Notes under the pieces: generated by a model
Seen by the model: the letters and a program-made list of their open reading frames with translations, nothing else
Database searches by the model: none
What the model was told of the DNA's origin: nothing
Assembly: GCA_964187785.1 (NCBI GenBank)
Contig: OZ076409.1
Location: forward strand, 56,236,001-56,296,000
Direction: 5' to 3'
DNA: 60,000 nucleotides
From: Amphiscolops sp. MND2022
Taxonomy: Eukaryota
Made by a program: the position numbers and the translations under genes
Part shown: positions 22,145-35,250 of the stretch, piece after piece
How positions within the stretch are numbered: the first letter of the stretch is position 1
Layout of the letters: the number at the start of each line of letters is the position of its first letter

Positions 22145-24070
22145 GATGTAAGTAGTTTCTTTGCAGTGCTTTTCACAAGCAATTATTTCATGGCTGTACC
22201 TTTTTGCTTCTGGAACTTTCTCAAGCTCCCAAAATTGTTTTAGGTTGAAGGAGTTGGTGATACAAAGTGAAGTGGTGACGACATTTGATTGATAATCTCT
22301 TGTAACACCAGAAGCTGTCCAGCTGATTAAAGTGTTTCTGAAACGGAGACTATTGTCTTCCTGAAATTTTCCTTCAAGGAAAATCTGCTGTGCAACATCA
22401 GAGCCCAAAAACTTTTCCGCGTTTCTGGGTTTATTGAATTCAGGGTTTGCTAAATTTACCGATCTCAGATGGGAACCTTCGGCGATGCTAAAATCGCGTT
22501 CAGGTAAAACTGGGGTAAGGTTGGGTCAGACATATGCATATACGTTAATGACACTATGCCCAGAAACTGGTTTCAATCGTAAACTAACACTACTGGAACG
22601 ATAAGGCTTTGAAACATTTCCAATTCCATTGATGGTAAGTGTCTGTATATGACGCTTCAAAATATCCGCTGCACTGCGGACTCTGAAATCAAACTGATCT
22701 GTGATCCTATGTCGATCATGGCTCGGCACATGGTGATTCTTGAAGAACCATCTTTAACGGGAACCATTGCGGTAGGAACGATGCCAGAGGCATTTCAGTA
22801 GTGGCCTGGTTTGTGGTAAGTGAGCCAGAAACAGCTCCTTTTGGTGCATCATGTAAGTGTAACAACGTGTTGGGTTTCGAAAGGCATGTTTTGCAAGTGT
22901 GTTTCGACTTGCATTCCTTAGTGATATGACTAGAATTCAGACAATTGAAACATAATTTCAACGTCCAAACGAGATTTTTTTGGTCCTTGAGACTCATATC
23001 AGTGAACTTTTTGCAAGTATAAACTCTATGATTTTCCGAACAACAAGGACACTTTTCAACACTAGACTTGTAGTTTTGAGTGTTTTGTGAATTCTTTTGA
23101 GAATTACCTTTATGACATGGACCTTCCGAAGCTTTGTGAGTTGACCTTGTAGACAATTCAAGAGCTTGAGATCTTCTGCCAATAAAATCTCGTAATCGCT
23201 TCAGGTTTTGTGGTTTTGGTCCCAAAGTAGTCGTTTTCCCGAAGAGCTCTCGAAGCTTGATCCAATCATTCGTGCCCAAATGAAATCTTCTAATTTATCT
23301 CCGAGTTTCAGAGCTTTGACTCCCATCAGAGTTTCTCCAAAGGTGACAACCAGTTTGCGTAACTCAGATGCAGAATCGCCTTTCATCGGCTTCAAGTCAA
23401 AGATAACAACTAAATGACTGTTGAGAATCAATCTAGGGTTGTTATAACGGTAAACAGGCGACTTCAAAGCAATTGGATACTTCGAGTTTTATATCGGCAG
23501 GTGAGTCACTAATTGAAGAGCTTCGTCAGTAAGTGAGGCTTGTAGATAAATAAATATTTGTTTTGCTGGAATGTTGGGATTGCTATCGACTGATGCCATA
23601 AATTGCTCATAAAAGGGAATCCACTTCTTGTATTCGCCGTTGAATTTAGGCAAATCGAATTTGGGCATCTTAATATGATTGCTGTGACTATTCGATGTGA
23701 CGTATGTTGATTCTTGAAGTGCTGCCAGCGATGAATCAGTTCCTGCGAATTGTCCCAGAATGCGACTGACTTCTTCAAGACGGGTACCACTTCTTCGTTC
23801 AGCATTTTCTGCATCTTCAAGCTCCCTTTCCAATTCGGCATCATTGTCTGGTGTTACGTCAACAAGTGCAGCATTGAGATGAGCAATTTCTTAAACCTTG
23901 ATTTCAAGCTTTTTCTTCCAGTAATTCAGCATATCAATGTCTTCATCTAACCGATTACTCTTCCTTTTTTCGTAAGAGGTTGGGCTTCGTTGCTAATTTT
24001 GGTGATCACAACAAGCAAAGCAGATCTTGACCGCTTCAATTGGTCAAATGTTTTGTCGGCGTACCTTGCA
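22145..24070 (-). pseudogene. gag: Bel-Pao gag/protease remnant of element A
   Basis: KMPKFDLPKFNGEYKKWIPFYEQF (DUF1759-like). CPCCSENH...LCFNCLNSSH...CKTC...NTLLH triple zinc-knuckle region. Confidence 0.88.
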
Positions 24071-24122
24071 GACATTCTGAGTAACAGTTCTGGTTTTTTC
24101 CCGGGTCGATACGGAACCAAAA

Positions 24123-24476
24123 TGTTGTTCCGTGAGTTGTAAATTAGAATCAATCTAATTTGTTGCAATTTGTGAATTAGAATCAATCTAATTTGTTTAA
24201 TGTTCAAATTAGAATCAACCTCTTTTATGTTTAAATTAGAGTCAATCTGTTTTGTTGAAAAGTGGGAGAGCAAGTTAAATTTTTAACTCGACACATTTTT
24301 ACTAAAGTGACAGAAAATTGTGGGAAATCAGAACAAAGTATAAACAAATTACGTTAGCAATGACGTGTACAATTTTGCATGTGAGTGTTATTTAGCAAGA
24401 CTAGTTTGAGGTTTGAATGCTTAGAAAATTTTACGTTTTGATTCCATCTTTTGCTTGATTTAGTTCTGCTTCAACT
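24123..24476 (-). repeat. 5' LTR of Bel-Pao element A
   Basis: Diverged copy of 975-1295 with extra internal repeat units, adjacent to the PBS-like motif. Confidence 0.88.
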
Positions 24477-24559
24477 CATGGGTTGATTCAACGTATTTTG
24501 TAGCATTTTTCATTGTTTGAATTTAGAAGTTATAATAATTAACCGAACAAGTCGCAGAG

Positions 24560-25480
24560 ATAATAAATACTTGGAGGTTAAGTCTTTGGACACTTTGTAC
24601 GCATCTCGACAAACAAAACTCCACGCAGATACTGGAAAGCAGCAGAATTGTTAGATAACTGGTGGATGGTCATGAGGCACACACCATGGGACATTATGGT
24701 TCAACGGAAATGCCGCCAGAAAAGGATGGACAGAACCCTGCAAAACGTTCAAAATACTTTTGCTTTCATTGAGGACAACCTGATAGTAACAAAAGGCACC
24801 AAAAGATCAGCACTTGAGAAAAGAGCTAGAAGCACTTTGGACATTGGATGAGGCTGGCATCCAGCTGGAACTAGCGAGATGACAAACCGCACAAACCAAA
24901 ACACCACGCTTGGGATTCAAATTATCAGCGAATGAACGAAACCGATTGACGAAATCATTCAGATTACCATTGATGAACTGAATCCGAGTGATAAGGAAGA
25001 GTTCCGGTTTTTTATGGGAGCAATAAGTCAGATGAAAAGATTCATTTTAAGTTTTGCACAAATTTTGTTAACCTTTGACCGTTGTCAAGCACTGAACAAG
25101 TTGGAAAGGAGCAAAGAAAATGAAAAGGCGTTTCAGGAGATAAAAAAAACCATATAAAAAAACAGAATAACACAGTTCAAAAAGAACCAACTGATGCGGA
25201 TTGTGTGTGACGCCAGCAACGATGGATTGGGAATAGTTTTTAGCAAGACTCAACAAGGCTGGAGAGCGGTCCTCATTCATGGACATTTTGGACAACCTAC
25301 TGACAGAAATGTTCAAAATTTGAGTTAGGTTTTTTGAGGGTAATATGGGTGGTAGTAAGTTCAGAACTACCTGCATGGGGCAGAGTTTGAGTAGTATCGA
25401 TTCACAAAGCCTTAGCGTCTTTAACAAACATAAAAAGAGTCAACAAAGTTTTTTTTAGTGGACTAACCAGGTCGATAGAC
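24560..25480 (+). pseudogene. Highly decayed Gypsy RT-RNase H fragment
   Basis: AFIEDNLIVTKG (degenerate YxDD region) and VCDASNDGLG (RNase H) in broken frames. Confidence 0.6.
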
Positions 25481-25879
25481 AAGACTCAGGAACCTCTTTT
25501 CATTTAACTGGGAACAAAATGTTCTTTGAAAACATCAGAATTTTTTCCTTCGTTAAATGTCGCATAGTGCCAAGAAATGTAAGAGACCCATTGGGATTTA
25601 GTAACATACATTTTGTTGCAAAATGTCAAAAAATTCGAAGGGGGGACCCTTTTTAGAAATTGAAAAATTTCGAAAAAAAACGCACAGTGCCGAAAAGAAA
25701 TCGGAACTGGAAATTTTTAGTCACGACCGGTTTTGTAGGTTACGTTAAAAAAGTAAAAAAATAAAAGGGGACAGACACTCTTTGCACTCAGTTTGCCATG
25801 GCCGGACTTAGTTTTAGTAGTAGGTTTTAGTAGTTTGTGTTAAAAGTAGATCGATCAGTGTGAGGCCTGTGAAACCTCT

Positions 25880-27400
25880 ATATAGTTTTCAAAAAACCCC
25901 TTTTTGCGGGAGGATTTGTGTTATTGCAGTTTGTTCACATGTTATTCTACGGCTGTGGAGATTGTGCCCCTATATGGCTAGTTTTTGTAACTTGCTATGA
26001 ACTTTTCCAGGGAGTCGCAGTTTTTTTTGTTGTGGATGTTCATGTTTTTTACTTCTGGTCGAAACTCTTCATAAGACTTGCAAACAAAAATAATGATAAG
26101 CGTCTTCTTCTGATTGTTGACAGGGACATAGTGGTGATTCAGCTTCCACATTTTCCACGAATATTCAGCTAGTGCAAAAGAGGTATCAATTGTGAGCTCG
26201 CATATTTTGATTGCAGGTTAAGTTTGGCCGTATATTAAAGGACTGCATGATATTACTGTGGGTTTTGTTCCGGGTAGATATGATAGGATACCATCTGTGT
26301 TGGATGTAACTTTCGATACCATTTTTGGTGTAGTTTGTCAAATTTATACCATTCATGAACTTCGAAACTTCAGTTATTTGCTTTCTCGAGAGGAGGCTGC
26401 TTTGCTTTCATAATTCAGTTTGGCATTCAGGTGAGTTGTTCTCACGAAATCGTTTTTCCATAGCGTCTTTATTGGTTATTTTATCTCTATTCCGTCATTC
26501 ATTATAGAAGTCCTGTGGGGGAAATCCTAGTAGTACTTCGCAGGTGCTTGAATTTGGTGTGTAACTATGTAACAGATCTAATAAATGCTGCTGGGTTTTG
26601 ACGTCAATGGTCTTTTTTCTGTTTAAACCAAATAGGTGATGCGTTCATCAACTGAAGAATGACAATCGTTTTGGAAAGCATCAGTAGGGTCGGAATTGAC
26701 TGGCACCATTTGAGCTTCCAAGCTTCCAGCTTCCTTTCACTTTCTCACAGTCTTTCAGAGTGTTCTTTGTAATTTGGCCGCCAGCTGTTGAGGACTTCCT
26801 GTGCTTCCTCAGACGACAAAAACTCCAGACGTATGTTACCCCGAGCTGTGTTGAAGGGCACTACCAAATTTTTCATTGGAAGAACTTTGACGAACGCTTT
26901 CTTTATTTCCACGCTGTCTTTGAACTTATGATTTCCACTGACGATCAATACTTTATTCACATCTCTTTCACTTTTCTTCGCTGATTTTCGTAAATTACTG
27001 GTTGGGGATGGGTCACGAGCAAGCTTGACCTTATCGGCTGAAGTGTGTAAAGGTTTCATGTTTTGTTGCATGATTGATTTGATAGTTAGAATGTCGATTT
27101 TCATTGAATTCAAAGCTTCTTGTTCTTGTTTCCTGTTTTCAAGTTCAGTAATTTGTCGTTGGTTCAATGTTTTTAGCGTTTTCAATATGTTTGCACTTTG
27201 ACGTTGGGTGTTATTGTTTTCACACTTGGGGCAATACCAATGGACGGCTAATTTTTTTGATAGGATTGGTATGATCCAACTTCTACACCTCCACACGTCC
27301 CGTGCCACCAGTCAAGGCAGCGGTTGCTTGAGATCGAGTTGTTTTTGTTTTTAGGTATCTTGGCTTTACATTTAGGTACAGGAAGCTACCCAGTTGAAAG
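25880..27400 (-). mobile_element. Internally deleted LINE copy (ORF1 5' part joined to probable ORF2 3' part)
   Basis: 26770-27370 is closely similar to 40495-41100 (WYCPKC, DVNKVLIVSG...FNTARGNI). Confidence 0.65.
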
Positions 27401-27913
27401 AAGCTACTTCGTTTTTTTTTCGTTGGTCAAAGCTTCTTCCAGGTCAATATAAGGTAGGGCAAGGGTTTTTTTAAAGTTTTGCTTTTTAAAGATTCAGGTG
27501 CAGTCAATAGAGAGGTCTAAGTGTGCTTCGGTTTCTTCGGAAGCCTTTTTCTTCTGCTGCTAGTAGAGTATTTGTCTCAAGGTGGCTCTTCACACGCGTA
27601 CAAAACATCCGTTTGAAGGGTTTTTAGCTTGAACAGTCGTCGTATTTTGCTTTATTGGGTTTGCGGATGAATATCACTCGTGGTTGGGTCCTTAGCCAAA
27701 CCGCTTTGTTCCAACATTTATTGAAGAATTCCAGAAGAAAGGTCCTGGCGTAGTCGCCAAGTTTCTTCACCATCTGGATATGGAATCCTTCGGGGTCAAA
27801 GGAATTTGTGCTAGGACATTGCTTCGATGAGTCATTCAGCTCTTCTGAAGAGAAAACTTCTTGGAAAATTTCCATATAGTGCTCTCCAATCTCTTCGGGT
27901 TGTTGAAGGAAAG

Positions 27914-28761
27914 TGTTGGCGCCAGTCAGACACAGGCAACGAAATTCGATTCCCGACATGCAGTATGAGAAACAAAACTTAAACTCTTAGAAACTTAGAA
28001 GAAAAACTGAAGAAGTATCAAGTGTAATAAAAATGGAAACCCCCCAAATAGGTTTTTTCTACAACTGTTATTCCTAGAGCCATGAAATTTGGCACACTTA
28101 TGCAAGGACCTAACACAAACACACCGGCTAAGTTTCAAGGTCATCCCCCCATTATAACTCACTTTACCCCCCACATGTGTGATATTCAAGGTCATTGAGC
28201 CAAAATAAAAATGTTGCTATTTACCCTTGTGACCCACTTAGAATATAACTCTGTTGAAATTGGTGATCATTACATTGTGTAAACATGCTTTAGAGCCTAC
28301 CTAATAATCATGTCAGAACCACCACATGCTTTGTTTACAATGCCAATACCTTTATTAATTCTCTTAAATGTCATTTATTGATACTTCATAATTTGACTTA
28401 TGTTCATCAAATAATTGTAAACGATATTTATACCAAAACTAGTTAGGCACAATTTGATTGGAAAGCTGTATTATAGTCGGGTCTCGGGACCATTTCAATT
28501 CTCAATTCATTTCTTTACCTCTTTTCGACGTTTCGCCAAAGACTAAGGGCGACTAAGTTAGGAACTCTCAACTTGTGGAGAGTTCGACGTGTTAAGAGAC
28601 AAGGAAGAATTGCAATTCGGGATGATTGGATCCTACTGAGTCAAGATACAGTCCATTTAATCTAGGAAGCAAGCAGTGTTCGGTAACGATCGGCAGTGCT
28701 GAGCACCGAATTCAGGGCGGCGTAAAACTTGGTCAAGTGTAGGGATCAAGCAGCCGTTAAA
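27914..28761 (+). repeat. 5' LTR of element C
   Basis: TGTTGGCG start; diverged direct repeat of 37830-38678; terminal CA mutated to AA. Confidence 0.85.
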
Positions 28762-29534
28762 TTTGGTCCGCTGACCCGGACATCATCAGTTTGAGGCGGA
28801 CATCATCACATTGGGCGGGCATCAACACTTGGAGTGGACATCATTCTGGGTGGACACTGCAAGAGGAACGTCGTCTTCATCGTGTGTGGATAGCATTCGT
28901 GGTGGAAGACACGTGAGCAACTAGAGTCATCAAACGGGTGACACAACATCTATCTGTTCAAGTGACACGAAGCTTGGAAAAAACTTCCGTGCTGGTTTCA
29001 TTGGCAAACCAGAGAGCTGGGAGGACAAGCCTAAATGTAGGGACCTTCCAAACCTAGAAGTGGCAGCAGGTGATCGTGTTCGCACAGCAATTGCAAGGTA
29101 TTGCAAGAGTCGTCGCATTCGAACGGAATCGCGACAATTAGCTGAGACAACTATTCTCGATCAACAAGAACTGTGGAGACTGGGTCTACAGTTGGTGATT
29201 GGAACCCTGGAAAGTGTACACTTGGGCTTTGGCATTGGTCTATTGGGCGATTTGGAACGGGATTGGTTGTGTACTCTGGGAGTTGGGCTTTAGCAGCACT
29301 CTGGAGGCAATTGTGCTCCATTCCAGTTTGGGACGAATGGTATCCTTGGGAAACGTTTTCCTAATTGAAAGCAAAGGATTGAACTAAGACGTCGATGCAA
29401 GTATATCCACCAAGTAAATCCAAGGGATCGAGTCATTGGGACAAGGTCCACCGAAACAATCCAGTCCGTCGAAGAAGGCAAGCATATTTGACATTGTTGG
29501 CTTGATTCTTCAAGAATTGGCGATTGATTACTGA

Positions 29535-32297
29535 ATGCTCGAGGTGCAGTATCCTCGAATGACAAATGTATTTGATCAAACAAACACAAAGCAGGGTCAA
29601 GAATTGATGGAAATCAGATCAAGAGACTTGGACAATTCTGACTTGTATGTGTGGCGCATTTATGTGGATACTGTGGCCACCCAAGTGGGAAAACTACGGA
29701 CTCTGATTAAAGAGTTGGATGACCAGCTTGACGAGCAAGGCATTACTCTTTGCAAAGGAAAATTGAATGATTGGGTATCCGAAAATCGCGAGAATAAACA
29801 AGCATTGTTACATAACGTAGATTCCATGTTGGACCTCACGAATGAAGAAGCTAAACGACAGCTGAGTCGAAGTGTGACTGATTTGGAAGAATTCTTTTCA
29901 CAATTAGAGGCCAGCTGGGGATATTGGTTCCCTGATGTGAAGACAATTTTGAAGAGTCCAAACAATGCGACAAACAAAACAAACTTCGGCAAATTTCACC
30001 TGGTGTCTCTACAAACGCGGCATTGAGATGCCCTTGCACAAGGAAGCTCAAGCAAAGTAGCTTCAACCCGACAAAACGCAATTGCTCAGTAGAAGTAGCT
30101 AGTGAAATGAAATCACTGCCACAGTCGAGCAGGGTAACTGATGAAGAACTCCAGGTTGTTGAGGTTGTTGAAGTATCCAACCCCTCTGATGTGATTAACT
30201 CAGTCAGTGATGTAAAGGTGTTACCCGAACAAAGCAACAATGGGTCAGTCAAAGCAACCTTGAAGAGCAACAGAACATCAATTAGGTCTAAATCATCAAA
30301 TGCAAAACAGATACTTCTTCTAGAATTGGAAGCAAAGTAGAAACAAGATGAAATTGATGAACAGCTAGCTCCAGCAGACGCAAAGCCGAAATTCGGAGGA
30401 AGCAAGATGGAATTTATACCCTCACAGAAAAAACTCGAAATTGCTAAACACGAAGAGCAAACAAGTTGCCACCCAAAAGAAGGAGTTAGCGCGAAATGAA
30501 AATCAGCTAAAACTGGCACAATCACAGATATTGACGAAGCAATTGGTATAAAGTAAAGGCCCGCAGAAATGTTATCGTACCGTCAAGGCAATATCGATCT
30601 CAACAAAGACTCCTACAGGAGCTGAATTTTTGAGCAGAGCGCTCACTCTCGGAAGGACGGACACAAAGTGACGAACAAGGAGTCACACCTGAGAAACAAC
30701 AAAGACCTCTGTTTTTTGGAAATTGATTCAAAGAGCATTGTTGGATCACATTTGCGCTCTAACCGTGAAAGCGTTGAAAGTAGTTCAACAATGACAATTG
30801 TGAAGCAAACTCGAACAAGGCAAACTTCAAGCAAGGAAAATTTAAGTGATCGCAATGGATCGCAGAAAACAAAAGACGAATTTATAGGCAAGACGGAACG
30901 GTTTTGCTCAAAGTTCTTGACTGGACAACAAAAGGTACGTGCAACAAAAGGAAATCTGAGCAGACCAAGTTTTCAAACAAGTGTCCAAACCATGGAAAGT
31001 TGCAATACAAAATTATCAAACGTGAAGCACATGAAGTCTCAAATATGACAAATGTTGAGAGCGGTGCAAACAAAGATACCTCGAAGCGTCTCACAGCAGA
31101 ATGGATGTGGAACTGGCCAGAAATAATCGTTGTAGACGATGACTGGCGAGACTTCCGTTCAAAAACTCTCCTCGTGGATACCACACAATTTTTCAAAGAC
31201 GAGATTCTCTTGGTCATGAATGGGCACTTGATAGTGCAAACAGAGGCGAACTTGGATTACACAATGACTGAAACAATGAAAGCTTCAAAGTTTAGCCTTC
31301 GCATCGAACAATGAAATCGCATCGAGTCAGAGTAATGTATGGAAGCATTGAACTGGCAGTGGAAACAACAGGATGACGCAGTGGCGCAGGCTAACGGCAT
31401 TGATAAAACTCAATTGAGCAAAGCCACCGCAAGCAACCGAAGAAACGAATTTGGAAGATTGAACCTATCTCGAACCTGATTCATGGAATGGAGAAAAAAG
31501 CTCAGTTGAACGTGAATGGAATACAAAATGACACAGTTTCGCTACATGATTTGAGAGACAGATAATCAGTGACAAGAATGGAAATTTGTTCTTTGAAAGT
31601 ACCCACAACAGCAAGTTGGAAAATGGGGTCTTGCAATGGGCCGGCTACACCATTGAAAACAATGTGGACTCAGTATATGTCTTTTGGTAAATTGGAAGTA
31701 TCTAATGATAATTCGGAGCCTGATGGAAACCAAGATGAAAAGACGTTGGAGTTGTGTGCTGAGAGAAGCTCGGTGACCCTCTACAAACTGAAGCAAAAGC
31801 GGAACTGCACAGCACTGCAGTTACTGGGAGACAATACGAAAGTAGCTACGAAAAACGACGTTTCTGTAAGTAAAGAGCTAAATGTAGTGCAGCAATTGAG
31901 TTTAAAACACAAATCTTTTACTATTCGATTCACAGATGACACTGAAAACAAAAGCAAGCACTTCAGTCGTCGTAACGTTGGAAGTTCTCTTTATCCAATG
32001 TTGATGATGATAGATGTTTTAACAACCTTTCTTGAACGCCAAATTCAATGCTTGAGTATGGATCGATTAGCGAATGAAAACAATTTGACATATTTCCTCC
32101 ACAGTCAGTCAACTTTGATGAGGAATTGTGTAGCAGAGCAAATCTTGGGAAACTGGCTGGAGACCCTTTCGACTTATCTGGAAATCTACTCTTTGGATGT
32201 TGAAATTATTATGGAAGTCGAGTTAAATGAACTGAAGCATTTCTGTATCACACCTTTTGAAGGCTCAAAAGCAAAGCAATCGGTTGAACTCAGTTGA
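29535..32297 (+). pseudogene. Decayed gag-like or unknown coding region of element C
   Basis: Run of broken plus-strand ORFs, with a coiled-coil-like start, downstream of the PBS. No RT or integrase motifs seen. Confidence 0.45.
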
Positions 32298-32362
32298 AAT
32301 CATCGGACGTTGATGATGGAGTTTGTGATGATTGGGAAAACTATGACCTGGTATGAGAAAAC

Positions 32363-33950
32363 TGTCACAGTCCGCGCCCGGACTGGATTGAATTAAAAGC
32401 AAACTAAAACTAATTTACGTCACCGCTTAGCCAAAACGATTGAATTTGCGTCGCGACTACGCTACGTCACAGCCTCGTCTACGCATACCAGACAATCATT
32501 CCGATTATCCGTCTATACTAATAGTTTACTTGAAATCATTCCAATTTTCCGCCAATGTGACGTCACAGCGCTGGCAGCTAACTAGCTAAAGTCTTATTCT
32601 AAATACCCGTCAGCATCACGTCAAACTAGACAAAATCTCATTTCTGCCAAGAAAACTCGTCAACATGACGTTGACAAGTTTATGAAATTAGACGTATTGA
32701 GTATTTTCCATCAAAATAGCTTGTTTTAACCCGTCCAAAATACCAAATTTACGTCCACTCTACGGCCACTAAAATTGCGGACTAAGACTAATACCAAAGT
32801 TACGTCCACACTACGTCCCAAATTTATGAAAATAGGCGTTTTAGTCAGTATCGAATTTAAAAGAAGCCTTATTTTACTACGGTAAGACTAATCGAAGCTA
32901 GAATATGAATCAACGTCAACACTACGTCTTTTGAATCTACGTCAACGCTACGTCAACTAATATACTAGAAGTTGAGAAAACACATTTCTACGTCAGTATT
33001 GCGTCGAGTAAGATTGAATTCGAACGGAATATGGTATTTAAGCCAGGATTTTTCAGACTAACTTAAAATAACAGTGTTTTAACGCTATTTAAATTGGAGA
33101 GTCACAGTTTATCCTCACTTTGTGTTAAGAAAGTGCAGTCTAAGCAGGCGTTTCAAATGTATGCTTTGATTACCTAATTTATTAAACTCATTGGCTGTTT
33201 GACGATGTCACGTCGTCTTTTATTGTTGCTCAAGGGTGTTCCTCTTAACTTTATTCAGATAAATAATTGTTGATTGTTGAAATATACAATTGTTTAACCT
33301 CATGTAAAACAGTCACTCTCTTAGCATCACCAAATTGTCTAAATCAAGATAATTAGTCATAATTTTCTTCAAGTAAAAATTCAAAATCAGGTATTAGTTG
33401 TTCACGTCAGCGTCATCTCCGCGGCGGTTTCTTACGAACCAAAGCAGTAAAACGGGGAAATATTTCCGGTTTGACAGACTGAAGTAATAACTACTTCCTG
33501 CTTGGGAGGAAACAAAAGGACGCCGGAGAGAAATGATATGATCATGGTTGATGACTTATACTCGATTAGAATTGCCGTGTCTTAAAAAGTGACGAAATGC
33601 TAACGCAGATCAAAATTTTGCCGCAAAATTACAGGAAGTGACTAATATCTTGATTCGAAATTAAAGTACGCGAGTATGAACAGATGATGCTAGGAGGGTA
33701 TATATAGATTGTACCTGTAAAATTATTCAATTCAATTTGTTATTCAACCTGCGTTTCAGTTTTGTTCTCAATTTCGATTGAATATCTACCTTCGTAAAAC
33801 GCAAAATTCAAAACTTACATTTCAAATACTTTGTTCAAAACAATCATATCTTCATCAAGATGTCAACTAGAGGTCGGAAAACAGTCCAGCAGTCGATTAG
33901 CAAAAAACACCCAAAATAGCCAAAGTAGCGATCGAACAAATTTCGTAACA
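32363..33950 (+). repeat. 5' LTR of element D
   Basis: Highly similar to 35998-37585. TATATATA at 33699-33706. Many ACGTC motifs. Confidence 0.92.
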
Positions 33951-34216
33951 TGGTGAGTGACAGGAGTTTAGGACCCTTGAACAAATGTACCCAAGAGAAC
34001 CTCAGCACAAACCACCGTCCAAACATCGTCCCTCCACATTGTGGATGCTCTTCGCCCCGGAAATGAAAACAAACCTACACCAACCCAACGCCAAATTGTC
34101 AAAGAAATTTCGCGAATTCGTCGACCGTGAGAATCTTGACCCAAGACGCAGTTCCACCAAAATGAAGGCTCCTACGTAAATGGCAATTGTAATCCACCAT
34201 AGTCGAGTACAATGAC

Positions 34217-34560
34217 ATGTTTACGAGACACCGACTCGACATTGGAATCAACATCGTTTTCAAAGTGAAATTTACCAAGAAGAACAACAGCTCTGTCTAC
34301 ACCCAAAGTCTAGCCGTGCCCATCAATTTCATAGAAGACCCCACAGTCGCTCTTGAGTCTAAGCAAAAATACACGATAATCACTACCCGCCCATTCTCTA
34401 AACCCGCAAACCTGAAAATTGAGCAACGCAACCCAAACGGCAAATGGAGACTTGTTGACCTACTGATGATAAACGAGTTAGAATTCGACGACTACACCAA
34501 CAACAACCACCCCGTCAGCTCATCGTCAGATGCAGTCCAACACTCGCCGAGGACATCAAT
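34217..34560 (+). pseudogene. Degenerate RT N-terminal fragment in element D
   Basis: FTRHRLDIGINIVFKVKFT...DDYTNNNHPVSS aligns by eye with element B pol FARHRFDIGMNEEFKVKLT...DDYINNNHPVST. Confidence 0.85.
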
Positions 34561-34931
34561 TACCACAACACGTGATTTCAAAAGTCGGCAGCATACTCTT
34601 TGGGGTGTTACATCGGTAAGTTAAAAAAAGTAAAATCTCCCTGAGGCTGAGACGTGCATTCGAAAGATGACGATGACGTAGTCTCTGAAGCACACATTCA
34701 CGAATCGACTAGTCAAAAAATCTAAGCAATGAACATTCAAAAGCAGAAAAGGCCTATCTGCAGTTTCGTATGATTCACAAAAGCTTAATGAAACGGGGAA
34801 TGTTACAAACCTAAGGGTTGTTGAACAACCAGCGCGTCGGCGTCACTAATACGCACATCTCCCTTAGAGAACAAAAATGAGTCTAATTATCACTTTGCAG
34901 ATCATGATCTTTTAAGACCATATGGATCTGA

Positions 34932-35250
34932 AAATGACCGTGTTATAACAACCCATATACAAAGACGACGCAAGATTGACGTCGCAAATGACCGGGTTAT
35001 AACAGCCCATTTACAAAGACGACGCAAGATTGACGTCGCAAATGACCGGGTTATAACAGCCCATTTACAAAGACGACGCAAGATTGACGTCGCAAATGAC
35101 CGGGTTATAACAGCCCATTTACAAAGACGACGCAATATTGACGTCGCAAATGACCGGGTTATAACAGCCCATTTACAAAGACGACGCAAGATTGACGTCG
35201 CAAATGACCGGGTTATAACAACCCAATATAAAAGGACGCAAGATTGTTGT
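34932..35250. repeat. 54-bp tandem repeat, ~6 copies
   Basis: Unit AAATGACCGGGTTATAACAGCCCATTTACAAAGACGACGCAAGATTGACGTCGC starts at 34932, 34986, 35040, 35094, 35148 and 35202. Confidence 0.95.

Larger units (their letters stand above)
975..24476 (-). mobile_element. Bel-Pao LTR retrotransposon, decayed (element A); host of the nested Gypsy
   Basis: Related LTRs at 975-1295 and 24123-24476. Flanks CCTGG/CATGG (5-bp TSD, 1 mismatch). PBS-like TGGTTCCGTATCGACCCGG at 24101-24119. PPT-like AAAGGCGGGCGGAT next to the 3' LTR. Pao-type gag and pol fragments. Confidence 0.9.

Noticed and set aside
34932..35250. CRISPR-like array, or an 18-aa repeat protein (ORF 34902-35189)
   Set aside because: The units are contiguous with no unique spacers, there are no cas genes, and the context is eukaryotic. 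The ORF is a by-product of a 54-bp unit.
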